From Longimicrobiales bacterium (lineage in GTDB: Bacteria; Gemmatimonadota; Gemmatimonadetes; Longimicrobiales; Gaopeijiaceae): 64,000 nt of DNA. The translations under genes and the position numbers were made by a program. The notes beneath the pieces were generated by a model. That model saw only the letters and a program-made list of their open reading frames with translations, searched no databases and was not told where the DNA came from. The DNA is taken from the NCBI GenBank assembly GCA_965116905.1, contig OZ220732.1, positions 2,816,001 to 2,880,000 on the forward strand, written 5' to 3'. Shown in pieces: positions 1 through 8,659 of this stretch. Within the stretch, counting starts at the first letter, position 1. The number at the start of each line of letters is the position of its first letter.

Positions 1-384
1 GAAGCGATCACGGACGCTGACGGCTCCATCCTGGCGTCGCTGGTGGACGGCGACCTTGACGCGGTTACGGCCGAGACCGTGTCGGAGGCCGCCGCGGCCG
101 GGGATCGCCACGCCGGGGAAATCCTGCGGGAAACGGCGGACATCCTCGCCACCGCGATCGCCAACGTGATCCACCTCCTCAGTCCCGGGGCGGTCGTCAT
201 CGGGGGCGGCGTGGCGAACGCGGGCGAACGCCTGCTGCGGCCGCTGCGGCGCCAGGTCGAACGGCGTGTGTTCGGCACACACCTTCGCTCCTGCCGAATC
301 CTGCGCGGCGAGCTGGGCGATGCCGCCGGCGTCATCGGCGCCGCCGGGGTGTTCAGCCGCGCCCATCCCGGCGGCCCCCGGTGA
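1..384 (+). CDS. ROK family sugar kinase/repressor, C-terminal part (5' truncated by window)
   Basis: Frame is open from base 1; ROK C-terminal motifs LLSPGAVVIGGGVA and GELGDAAGVIGAA. Confidence 0.85.
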   Translation, partial: EAITDADGSILASLVDGDLDAVTAETVSEAAAAGDRHAGEILRETADILATAIANVIHLLSPGAVVIGGGVANAGERLLRPLRRQVERRVFGTHLRSCRILRGELGDAAGVIGAAGVFSRAHPGGPR

Positions 385-1319
385 AGCGCCTCGGGCTGCT
401 GGGCACCCTGGTCCGCGACACGATCGTACACCCGGGGCGACCGGAGCCGGTGCGGGCCTGGGGCGGCATCGGATACGCGCTCGCGGCCTTCGATGCCGCT
501 CTCCCCCGGGGCTGGACCGTTGTCCCGGTCGTCAAGATCGGCGCCGATCTTCACGCACGGGGCTCGTCGTTCATCCGGTCCTTCACCCGGGTCGGCGACA
601 CGCGGTTCCTGCGCATCGTTCCGGAGCCGAACAACCGGGTCGAGCTGATCTACTCGACCCGCTCGGACCGGCGGGAGGTGCTGAGCGGCGGTGTCCCGGG
701 GTGGACTGCCGCCGAGGCGGGAGACTTCCTGGCGGACCTGGACGCGCTGTACGTGAACTTCATCTCCGGGATGGAACTGACGCTGAAGGGCGCAATGCGG
801 ATCCGCGACGAACTCGCCGGGCCTTCGCACGCCGATCTTCATTCCCTGTTCCTGGGCGTCGAGAGCGACGGCCGGCGCACGCCCCGTTATCTTCGGTTCT
901 CCGAGGAATGGGCCGGGTGCTTCGATACCGTGCAGATGAACGAAGATGAATTCGCCTTGTTTTCCGGGGGAGAGGTTCCCCCGTTGCGCGCGGCAGCGCT
1001 GGCGTTCGAGCGCCGCACCCGCATGATCGCGGTGACGCGCGGAAGCGAGGGAGTGAGGGTGATCGCGGCCACCCCGGACGGGGAGCCCGCCGTGTGCGAC
1101 GTCCCGACCTCGCCCGGCCCGGAGTGGGGCGACCCCACGGGATGCGGCGACGTGTGGGGCGCCGCCTTCTTCTCGGGCGTCCTCGCGCGGGCCGACCGGA
1201 GTGCGGCCATCTCGCACGCCCAATCCCTCGCCCGGTGCAAGCTGAGCTGCCGGGGCGCCGACGAGACGCGGCACCGTCTGGCCAGCGACGCCCCCGACCC
1301 GCCCTGGGCATCGCACTGA
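381..1319 (+). CDS. PfkB/ribokinase family carbohydrate kinase
   Basis: GG in WGGIGY, MNEDE, VTRGSEG and anion-hole motif DPTGCGD; GTGA overlap with the ROK stop. Confidence 0.8.
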   Translation: MKRLGLLGTLVRDTIVHPGRPEPVRAWGGIGYALAAFDAALPRGWTVVPVVKIGADLHARGSSFIRSFTRVGDTRFLRIVPEPNNRVELIYSTRSDRREVLSGGVPGWTAAEAGDFLADLDALYVNFISGMELTLKGAMRIRDELAGPSHADLHSLFLGVESDGRRTPRYLRFSEEWAGCFDTVQMNEDEFALFSGGEVPPLRAAALAFERRTRMIAVTRGSEGVRVIAATPDGEPAVCDVPTSPGPEWGDPTGCGDVWGAAFFSGVLARADRSAAISHAQSLARCKLSCRGADETRHRLASDAPDPPWASH

Positions 1320-1320
1320 C

Positions 1321-2208
1321 ATGCGCGTCGTCGAAATCCCCTCCTCGCTCGACTACCGGAACGTCGACGCCGTCTTTGCCGAAGCGGCCGCCGGGGGCGC
1401 GGAACCGATCCTCTTCGACGCGCGGCGGCTGCGCTGGATCGACCCGAACGGGATGTTGGCGCTTCTGTGCGCCGGTCAGGTCGCGTCCACAAAGGGCGGC
1501 GCGCCCCGTCTATCGTTGCCCTCCGGGGGCGATGTCGTGGGCTACCTGGACCGGATGGGCTTTCCCGCCGCCGCGGCAAGGGTGTTCCACCCGTCACCCC
1601 GGCGCGTCGGCCGCACTTCCACCAAGTCCTCGGACGTGCTGCTCGAGATCACTGCGATCGCGACCAACTCCGACGTGCACGAGGTGGTCGACAGGGTCCA
1701 GTCGCGGGCCGGCGCGATCCTCTCCCGCACCCTCCACTATCCGCCCGCTGCAGTCGTCCAGTTCTCGGTGATCCTGTCCGAGGTGTGCCAGAACATCGTG
1801 GAGCACGCCGAGGGCCCGGGCTGGGTTGCGGCGCAGCGCTACAACTGGACACGCCGGCTGGGCCGGCAGGTGCTGGTGATCGGTGTGTCGGACGTCGGAC
1901 GGGGCTTCCAGGATTCGCTGGCGGAAGAGCACGCGGCGCGTTTCGGGGATCGGTGGGGAGACGTCACGGCCCTGGAGGCCGCGTTCCTCATGGGCCTGAC
2001 CCGCTTTCCCGACACCGGACGCGGGCAGGGGATCCAGCAGATACGAAAGCAGGTCGCCCGCTGGCAGGGCCTCGTCTCCATCCGCAGCGGCACCGCCCGG
2101 ATCGCGGACAGCCCGTCCTGGCATGCCAGCCCCCCGGTTGTGGACGGTCTGCCCGGCTTTCCGGGAGCCCAGATCAACATCATTATCCCCGAGAGAATCG
2201 ATGGCTGA
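1321..2208 (+). CDS. STAS-like domain fused to HATPase_c (RsbW/SpoIIAB-like kinase) domain
   Basis: N-terminal FDARRLRWIDPNGMLALL (STAS); N-box SEVCQNIVEHA, G1 VSDVGRGF, G2 GRGQGI. Confidence 0.75.
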   Translation: MRVVEIPSSLDYRNVDAVFAEAAAGGAEPILFDARRLRWIDPNGMLALLCAGQVASTKGGAPRLSLPSGGDVVGYLDRMGFPAAAARVFHPSPRRVGRTSTKSSDVLLEITAIATNSDVHEVVDRVQSRAGAILSRTLHYPPAAVVQFSVILSEVCQNIVEHAEGPGWVAAQRYNWTRRLGRQVLVIGVSDVGRGFQDSLAEEHAARFGDRWGDVTALEAAFLMGLTRFPDTGRGQGIQQIRKQVARWQGLVSIRSGTARIADSPSWHASPPVVDGLPGFPGAQINIIIPERIDG

Positions 2209-2887
2209 ACGCCCGGAACCCGATTGCCGGGGCGAACGGTCCACCCGGTCCGTCACCATCGACGTGGCCGCGATCGTCACGGACACCGTGGCCTCGCGAG
2301 GGCACAATCTGGTGACGCGCCCGACCGGACGGGCCGTCCGGGAGGCGATCGAACTGCGGCTGGCCGGAACGCCCCCGTCGGCGGCCGGAACGCCCCCGTC
2401 TCCGGCCCGAGCGCTTCCGCCGGCGGTCCCGGCATCTCGCTCACCGGTCCCGGCCTCTCCCTCCCCCCATGTCACGCTGCTCGACTTCACGCGCGTCAGG
2501 ATTCTCGACTTCAGCTGCGCCGACGAGGTGGTGGCCAAGCTGCTTCTTCGTTATCAGGGACCCGACCGGCCCGGGAACATGTTCTTCCTCTTCCGGGCGG
2601 TGGGCGAGATGCACCGGCACGCGGTCGAGGAGGTCCTCGCGCGCCATGGCCTGGCGGCCGTCTGCGATGTCGGCGGCGGCTTTCAACTCCTCGGTCCGGC
2701 GACCCCGGAAGAGCGCAGGGCCTGGAGCACGCTGGAGCGGTGCGAAAGGATCGGCCCGCGCGACCTGGCGGGGGCGCTTGGCGAGCGTGGAGAGCCCCTG
2801 CTCCGGGGGCTGGCCAGGCGCCGGCTGGCCTACTGGAACGGCCACGGCGGAGCGGCGGCCCTGAGCGCCCTGGCGCGAACACCATAG
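2201..2887 (+). CDS. STAS-like (DUF4325-like) protein with possible C-terminal winged helix
   Basis: ATG at 2201 overlaps the upstream stop; LVTRPTGRAVREAIE and VTLLDFTRVRILDFSCADEVV. Confidence 0.6.
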   Translation: MAERPEPDCRGERSTRSVTIDVAAIVTDTVASRGHNLVTRPTGRAVREAIELRLAGTPPSAAGTPPSPARALPPAVPASRSPVPASPSPHVTLLDFTRVRILDFSCADEVVAKLLLRYQGPDRPGNMFFLFRAVGEMHRHAVEEVLARHGLAAVCDVGGGFQLLGPATPEERRAWSTLERCERIGPRDLAGALGERGEPLLRGLARRRLAYWNGHGGAAALSALARTP

Positions 2888-2924
2888 TGTCGGGACGCGA
2901 CACTGCAACGAGTCCACTCAACTC

Positions 2925-4142
2925 ATGGAGCGTGCCCCAATGAAGAACGATGGCCTGTCGGACGGAGCGCTTGGTCCCGCCACGAAGGCGGTGCACGCCG
3001 GTCAGCCGGAACCCCGGCCGGGCGAACCCGTCGTGGCGCCGATCGTGCGCAGTTCGACCTTTCACTGGGCCGGCCCCGAAGACGGTATCGACCTGCTGTA
3101 CAGCCGCTACGGCAACAACCCCAACCAGAAGTCCGTCGCCGCCAGGGTCGCGGCGCTGGAGGGGACGGAAGACGCGCTGGCGCTGGCCAGCGGGATGGCG
3201 GCCATCTCCATGACCCTCCTGGCAGCCGCGGGGCAGGGCGATCACATCGTTGCGAGCCGCCACCTCTACGGCGCCACCTGGGCGCTGCTCGCCAGAGAAT
3301 TTCCCCGGCGCGGCATCGCGACGACCTTCGTGGACCCCGGCGATCCGGGCGCGTGGGAGAGGGCGGTTACCCCGGCCACCCGCGTGGTGCTGATCGAGTT
3401 GCCCACGAACCCCACGCTCCGCGTCTTCGACATCGAGCCGGCCCGGCGCGCCGCGCGCAGCGTGGACGCGATCCTGGCGGCCGACATGACCTTCGCGACG
3501 CCGATGAACATCCGCGCCGCCGAGCACGGCGTGGATGCCGTGATCCACTCCGCCACCAAGTACCTCGGCGGCCACTCGGACCTGATTGCCGGGGTCGTCG
3601 CCGGGAGCAGCGAGTGGATCCGGCGGGTCGCCAAAATGATGAAGCTGTACGGCGGCTCGATCGATCCGCAGACCGCGTGGCTCCTGGAACGCGGCATCCG
3701 CACGCTCCCCGCCCGGATGGAGGGGCACAATCGGTCGGCGCTCGCGCTTGCCGAGTGGTTCGCGGGCGTACCCGGAATCCGCAAGGTGATCCATCCCGGC
3801 TTGCCGGACCATCCCGACCACGCGCTCGCGACGCGCATGCTCAGCGGTTACGGGGGGATGGTGTCCATCGTGCTCGACGGTGGCGGCCCGGCTGCCGACC
3901 GATTCTCGGCGGCCCTGCGCCTCGCCGCGCCCGCTCCCTCGCTGGGTGGCGTGGAGACGCTGGTGTCCCAGCCGCGGCACACCTCCCACGTGGACCTGAG
4001 CCCCCCGGAACGCGACGAGCTTGGCATCCCCGACGGATTTGTGCGCATCTCGGTGGGGCTCGAGGACATCGCCGACCTCAAGGCCGACTTCAGCCGGGCG
4101 GTCGCCGCTGCCGCCCGTCCCGCCGTGGCGGCAACGGCCTGA
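2925..4142 (+). CDS. Cys/Met metabolism PLP-dependent enzyme (methionine gamma-lyase/cystathionine gamma-synthase family)
   Basis: YSRYGNNP, ASGMAAI, HSATKYLGGHSD (PLP Lys), SLGGVETL, RISVGLED; start may be 2940. Confidence 0.9.
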   Translation: MERAPMKNDGLSDGALGPATKAVHAGQPEPRPGEPVVAPIVRSSTFHWAGPEDGIDLLYSRYGNNPNQKSVAARVAALEGTEDALALASGMAAISMTLLAAAGQGDHIVASRHLYGATWALLAREFPRRGIATTFVDPGDPGAWERAVTPATRVVLIELPTNPTLRVFDIEPARRAARSVDAILAADMTFATPMNIRAAEHGVDAVIHSATKYLGGHSDLIAGVVAGSSEWIRRVAKMMKLYGGSIDPQTAWLLERGIRTLPARMEGHNRSALALAEWFAGVPGIRKVIHPGLPDHPDHALATRMLSGYGGMVSIVLDGGGPAADRFSAALRLAAPAPSLGGVETLVSQPRHTSHVDLSPPERDELGIPDGFVRISVGLEDIADLKADFSRAVAAAARPAVAATA

Positions 4143-5771
4143 CTACGCCTCGTCCATGAACGGATAGCCGACGCTCGTGGGCGGGACCATGGTCTCCTTG
4201 ATCGTCCGCGGGGTCAGCCACCGGCTGATGTTGAACGCCGAGCCCGCCTTGTCGTTCGTTCCGGACGCCCGGCCGCCGCCGAAGGGCTGCTGTCCCACCA
4301 CGGCCCCGGTGGGCTTGTCGTTGATGTAGAAATTGCCGGCGGCGTTCCGCAGGCGGTCCACCGCGTCGCGCACCCCCGTCCGGTCCTGCGAGAACACGGC
4401 GCCCGTCAGCGCGTACGGCGAGGTCCTGTCGACCGCGTCCAGCGTCTCCGACCACTCGTTGTCGGGGTACACGTAGATCGACATGACGGGACCGAAGATC
4501 TCGTCGCACATCGTTTCGTGATCGGGTCGCCTGGCCTGGACGAGGGTCGGCCGTATGAAGAAGCCCTCCGCGTCCGAATACTCGCCGCCGGCGATCACGT
4601 CGGCGTCGGAGCTGGCCGCCGCCCGGTCGATGTAGCCCGTGATGGACTCGAAGGCGCCCCGGTCGATCACCGCGTTGACGAAGTTCCGGAAGTCCGTCGG
4701 GGCCCCCATCCTCAGTTCGTTGGTCTCGTCGACCAGGTCGTCGCGTATCGCCCGCCAGACCGAGCGCGGGATGTACGCCCTGGAGGCCGCGGAGCACTTC
4801 TGGCCCTGGTACTCGAAGGAGCCCCGGATGATCGCGGTGCGCAGCGCGGCGCGGTCCGCCGACGGGTGGGCGACGATGAAGTCCTTGCCGCCGGTTTCGC
4901 CGACGAGCCGTGGGTAGGAGCGGTACGTCGCGATGTTCCTGCCGACGGTGTTCCAAAGGGACTGAAACACCGCGGTCGAACCCGTGAAGTGCAGCCCGGC
5001 GAAGTCCGCGTGGTGCATGGCGGCCTCGGTGATGTCGACGGGATTGCCCGGCACGAAGTTGATCACCCCGGGAGGCAGTCCGGCCTCTTCCAGCAGCTTG
5101 TACGTGTAGTAGCCGGACAGCACCGCGTGCTTGGAGGGCTTCCAGAGTACGCCGCACCCGACCATGGCGGGGGTTCCCGCCAGGTTGGCGCCGATCGCGG
5201 TGAAGTTGAAAGGACTGACCGCGTATACGAAGCCTTCCAGCGGCCGGTACTCCATGCGGTTCCAGACGCCCCGGTCGGAGATGGGCTGCTGCTCGAAGAT
5301 GCGGTCGGCGAAGTGGGCACCGAACCGGAAGAAATCCACGATCTCGCAGGCGGCGTCGATCTCGGACTGGAAGGCGTTCTTGCTTTGCCCGAGCATCGTG
5401 GTCGCGTTGAGTGTGGACCGCCACGTCTCTGCGAGGAGGTCCGCGGCCTTCAGGAATACGGCGGCCCGGTCCTCCCAGGGCCATGACGCCCACTCGCGGC
5501 GCGCCTCGACGGTGTTGGCGATCGCGTTGCGGGCCTCCGCCGCACCGGCCTCGTGCCAGACGCCCAGGAGGTGCTCATGGTCGTGCGGCGAGCGGATTTC
5601 ATGGGTCTTCCCCGTATGGACCGTTTCGCCCCCGATGATGACCGGGATCTCGACCTGCTGCCCGCCGATCCTCTCCAGAGCGGCCTTCAGTTCGGCCCTT
5701 TCCGGGGTGCCGGGGGCATAGGAGTGGATGGGTTCGTTGACGGGGGCGGGCACACGGAAACTTCCGGACAT
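4143..5771 (-). CDS. pruA: L-glutamate gamma-semialdehyde (P5C) dehydrogenase
   Basis: NEPIHSYAPG, SPFNFTAI, FTGST, GETGGKDF, EYQGQKCSA, QQPFGGGRASGTNDKAG; start re-assigned to MSGSF. Confidence 0.95.
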   Translation of the reverse strand: MSGSFRVPAPVNEPIHSYAPGTPERAELKAALERIGGQQVEIPVIIGGETVHTGKTHEIRSPHDHEHLLGVWHEAGAAEARNAIANTVEARREWASWPWEDRAAVFLKAADLLAETWRSTLNATTMLGQSKNAFQSEIDAACEIVDFFRFGAHFADRIFEQQPISDRGVWNRMEYRPLEGFVYAVSPFNFTAIGANLAGTPAMVGCGVLWKPSKHAVLSGYYTYKLLEEAGLPPGVINFVPGNPVDITEAAMHHADFAGLHFTGSTAVFQSLWNTVGRNIATYRSYPRLVGETGGKDFIVAHPSADRAALRTAIIRGSFEYQGQKCSAASRAYIPRSVWRAIRDDLVDETNELRMGAPTDFRNFVNAVIDRGAFESITGYIDRAAASSDADVIAGGEYSDAEGFFIRPTLVQARRPDHETMCDEIFGPVMSIYVYPDNEWSETLDAVDRTSPYALTGAVFSQDRTGVRDAVDRLRNAAGNFYINDKPTGAVVGQQPFGGGRASGTNDKAGSAFNISRWLTPRTIKETMVPPTSVGYPFMDEA

Positions 5772-5905
5772 GGGCTCGTCGAGATTGCGGGTGGACCGCC
5801 CAGGGGGCAGTTTCGAAACGCGGTCTTCCGGCCAGGGGACAGCGCCGGAATCGCAGGCAATTTCACGAATGCGGGCCCCGCGCGCAACCGCCCGCGCAAC
5901 CGGCA

Positions 5906-5935
5906 TTGACGACCCGGAAACGCCTGCGGTAGTTT
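5906..5935 (+). promoter_or_regulatory. Putative sigma70-type promoter for nifU-mrp
   Basis: TTGACG-N18-TAGTTT about 65 nt upstream of ATG 6001. Confidence 0.4.
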
Positions 5936-6000
5936 CCGTGGGCGTCACAGCCATCATCCTCGGGGCCGGTTCGGACCCGTGCCTGTGACCTGGACGGAGA

Positions 6001-6231
6001 ATGGCTACCATAGAGCGGATCGAAGAGGTTCTGGAGACGATTCGTCCCGCCGTCCGCCTGGACGGGGGCGACGTGGAACTGGTGGCCTGGGACGCGGAGC
6101 GGGGCAGGGTGGAGGTCCGGCTGATGGGCGCCTGCGAAGCGTGTCCGATATCCATGTTCACCCTCAAGGAGGGGATCGAGCGGCGGCTCAGGGCATCCGT
6201 GCCCGAGGTGCTGACGGTAGATGCCATTTGA
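6001..6231 (+). CDS. NifU-like (Nfu) Fe-S carrier domain protein
   Basis: IRPAVRLDGGDVEL, GACEACP (CxxC), TLKEGIE. Confidence 0.9.
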   Translation: MATIERIEEVLETIRPAVRLDGGDVELVAWDAERGRVEVRLMGACEACPISMFTLKEGIERRLRASVPEVLTVDAI

Positions 6232-6238
6232 GCCTCCA

Positions 6239-7420
6239 ATGAGCCAGGGCGGACTTGTCGCCGCTGTGACGAAGGCGTTGACGGGCATCGTCAATCCGGT
6301 GACGGGCGAGGACGTGGTCGATGGCGGCCAGGTCAGTGCCGTGAAGGTGGATGCGCAGGGCGGCGCCCGGTTCGTGTTCTCGTTGCAGAAGGGTGATCCC
6401 GGGACGCTGGTCCGCCGGGCCAGGGCCGCGGCGGCGGCTGTCGAGGGCGTCACGTCCGTGAAGGTGGATGTCCAGCTCCCCCAGACGCCGACGGACGCGC
6501 AGGGCGATCCGGACCGTCAGCCGCCGGACCGTCAGCCGCCGGACCGCCAGTCCCCGGACCGCCAGTCCGATGCAGGGCGGCCATCCGGTGGGTTGCAGCC
6601 GGGTTCGGTCCCGGCCCCCACTCCGAAGCCCGGCGTCCTGGCCGGCGTCAAGCGAATCATCGCGATCAGTTCCGGAAAGGGCGGGGTCGGCAAGTCCATG
6701 GTCGCAACGAACCTGGCGGCGCATGCGGCCGCCCGGGGGTTGGCCACGGGTCTGCTCGACGCGGACATCTACGGGCCCAACATCCCGGTCATGTTCGGCG
6801 AACAGCGGCGCCCCCCCGTGTCCGGTGCGAAGGGCTCGGAGATGATCGTGCCGCTCGAGTGCCACGGCGTCCGGCTCATGAGCCTCGGTTTCCTCCTCGA
6901 CCGTGCGCAGCCCGCGATCATGCGTGGGCCGCTGATCGCCGGCATTCTGAGGCAGTTCATGGAGCAGGTGGCATGGGGTGATCTGGACCTCATGGTCGTG
7001 GACATGCCGCCGGGCACGGGCGATGCCCAGTTGTCCCTGGTGCAGACGGTCGACCTCGATGGCGCGGTGATGGTCACGACGCCCCAGAAGGTGGCCACCG
7101 GAGACGTGCGCCGGGGGATCAAGATGTTCGAGCGGGTCAATACCCGGGTGCTCGGCGTCGTGGAAAACATGTGCGGCTTCCAGATCCCTGGATCCGACGA
7201 GGTGGTGGATCTGTTCGGACGCGGCGGCGGCGAGGAGCTCGCCCGGGAACTGTCGCTCCCGTTCCTGGGAAGCGTGCCGCTCGACATCGCCGTCAGGAAG
7301 GCGGGCGACGAAGGGCGCCCGACGGTGCTGTCCGCGCCCGATTCCCCTGCGGCGGTATCGCTCGCGAAGATCGGCGCAAGCCTGCTGCGGGTGCTCGAGA
7401 CGTTGCCGCCGCGCCGCTAG
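6239..7420 (+). CDS. mrp: Mrp/ApbC/NBP35 P-loop ATPase with N-terminal DUF59-like domain
   Basis: SGKGGVGKS, LDADIYGP, DMPPGTGD, VTTPQ, VENM. Confidence 0.9.
   Translation: MSQGGLVAAVTKALTGIVNPVTGEDVVDGGQVSAVKVDAQGGARFVFSLQKGDPGTLVRRARAAAAAVEGVTSVKVDVQLPQTPTDAQGDPDRQPPDRQPPDRQSPDRQSDAGRPSGGLQPGSVPAPTPKPGVLAGVKRIIAISSGKGGVGKSMVATNLAAHAAARGLATGLLDADIYGPNIPVMFGEQRRPPVSGAKGSEMIVPLECHGVRLMSLGFLLDRAQPAIMRGPLIAGILRQFMEQVAWGDLDLMVVDMPPGTGDAQLSLVQTVDLDGAVMVTTPQKVATGDVRRGIKMFERVNTRVLGVVENMCGFQIPGSDEVVDLFGRGGGEELARELSLPFLGSVPLDIAVRKAGDEGRPTVLSAPDSPAAVSLAKIGASLLRVLETLPPRR
6511..6568 (+). repeat. 15-bp tandem repeat x4 (DRQPP/DRQSP) in the Mrp linker
   Basis: GGACCG(T/C)CAG(C/T)C.CC units. Confidence 0.85.
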
Positions 7421-7430
7421 CTCGGAGGAG

Positions 7431-7670
7431 CTACTCGCCCTCCAGCCACTGGCGGTCGGCCGCCGACAGGGCCCCCGGGCCCCTCCGCACACGCGCCAGC
7501 ACCTTCAGCACGAACCAGCCCACAAACATGACCGGGACCACCTTCCAGAGCAGGAAGCCGGCGATGCCCGCGGTGAGGCCCAGAAGGGCGCCGATCACCG
7601 AGAGGACGATCCACACCACCACAATGCTGACGATACCCATGGCCAGGAATGTCAACAGCGTTCCGATCAT
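7431..7670 (-). CDS. Small membrane protein (2 TM), hypothetical
   Basis: Hydrophobic 79-aa ORF with AGGGG RBS-like sequence upstream. Confidence 0.75.
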   Translation of the reverse strand: MIGTLLTFLAMGIVSIVVVWIVLSVIGALLGLTAGIAGFLLWKVVPVMFVGWFVLKVLARVRRGPGALSAADRQWLEGE

Positions 7671-7750
7671 GCCTTCCCCTGCGTAACCGGTCCCTCCGGG
7701 GCGGCCGAATGTTCAGCCGCACCCACGGGACGGAAAAGTTGCCAACCTAA

Positions 7751-7778
7751 CAATAATACTGATTCAATAATACTGATT
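7751..7778. repeat. Perfect AT-rich 14-bp direct repeat x2 (CAATAATACTGATT)
   Basis: Seen directly at 7751-7764 and 7765-7778. Confidence 0.95.
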
Positions 7779-7813
7779 CGTTTTGCGGCCGTTGTCACCT
7801 CGGGCGGTCCGCG

Positions 7814-8659
7814 TCATTCGATCCATACGATGTCGACACTGCCGAGCGCGGCCGATATCTCGATCTCCACCCTGCGGTCGGCAGCGTCCCAATTCACCGA
7901 CTGGTAGACGTTTCCTCTCCTGACGAGCCGTTCCGCATCGAACGTGGAAAGGAAGCGGCTCTCGCGGTGCACGCGAATGCCCAGCGATTCCGGCACGCGG
8001 ATCTCAAGTGCGCCCAGCCCCATATCGACCGACAGCATGGCGCTCTGCACCCAGCCGCCGTCCAGTTCCAGCACGACCGAGCCGACTCCGGCGTTCACCT
8101 CGATCTCGCTCGTGTTGAAGTTCCCGAGCCCGCTGACGCGAAGGTCGGCCGCGCCCACGGCGATGATCGCCTCCTCCATCGGCTCCGGGTTCGGTTCCCG
8201 AATTCTCAGGATCGACTCGGAGGCACCCGTATTCAGTTCGAGCCGCGATACGGGGATGCCGGTGAGGTCCACATCCGCCCGCCCCGCACCGAAGTCGAGT
8301 TCAATGTCGGCCGGGACATCCGGTCCGAGTTGCAGGTCCAGGGAGGGACCCTCCGACTTGCCGCGAAAGCTCCGGCCGCGATGGCTGTGTATGGAGATGC
8401 CCACATCGAGGTGTTGATGCCCGTACTCGGCAATCGGCTCGGCCGTTTCTTCGTCGAAGCGGAAGAGCGCTGTATACAGGGAGCCCTCGTCGCCCCTGCC
8501 GATCCTGAGAACGCCCGCCCCGTAGCCGACCGACACGGTGAGGCGTTCCTCGTTCGTCACGAGCCGGGAGGACGTGAAGGTCTTCCAGCTCTGCGCTGCG
8601 GCCGGCAGGGGCGCGACGAGTGCCGCGCCGGCGGCCAGGACCAGGATGGATCGGCTCAT
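7814..8659 (-). CDS. Exported beta-repeat protein (DUF2154/LiaF-C or toast-rack-like)
   Basis: Signal peptide ending PAAAQ; repeated 'xGAGxLxI/GVGSVVL/GLGALEI' beta motifs. Confidence 0.65.
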   Translation of the reverse strand: MSRSILVLAAGAALVAPLPAAAQSWKTFTSSRLVTNEERLTVSVGYGAGVLRIGRGDEGSLYTALFRFDEETAEPIAEYGHQHLDVGISIHSHRGRSFRGKSEGPSLDLQLGPDVPADIELDFGAGRADVDLTGIPVSRLELNTGASESILRIREPNPEPMEEAIIAVGAADLRVSGLGNFNTSEIEVNAGVGSVVLELDGGWVQSAMLSVDMGLGALEIRVPESLGIRVHRESRFLSTFDAERLVRRGNVYQSVNWDAADRRVEIEISAALGSVDIVWIE

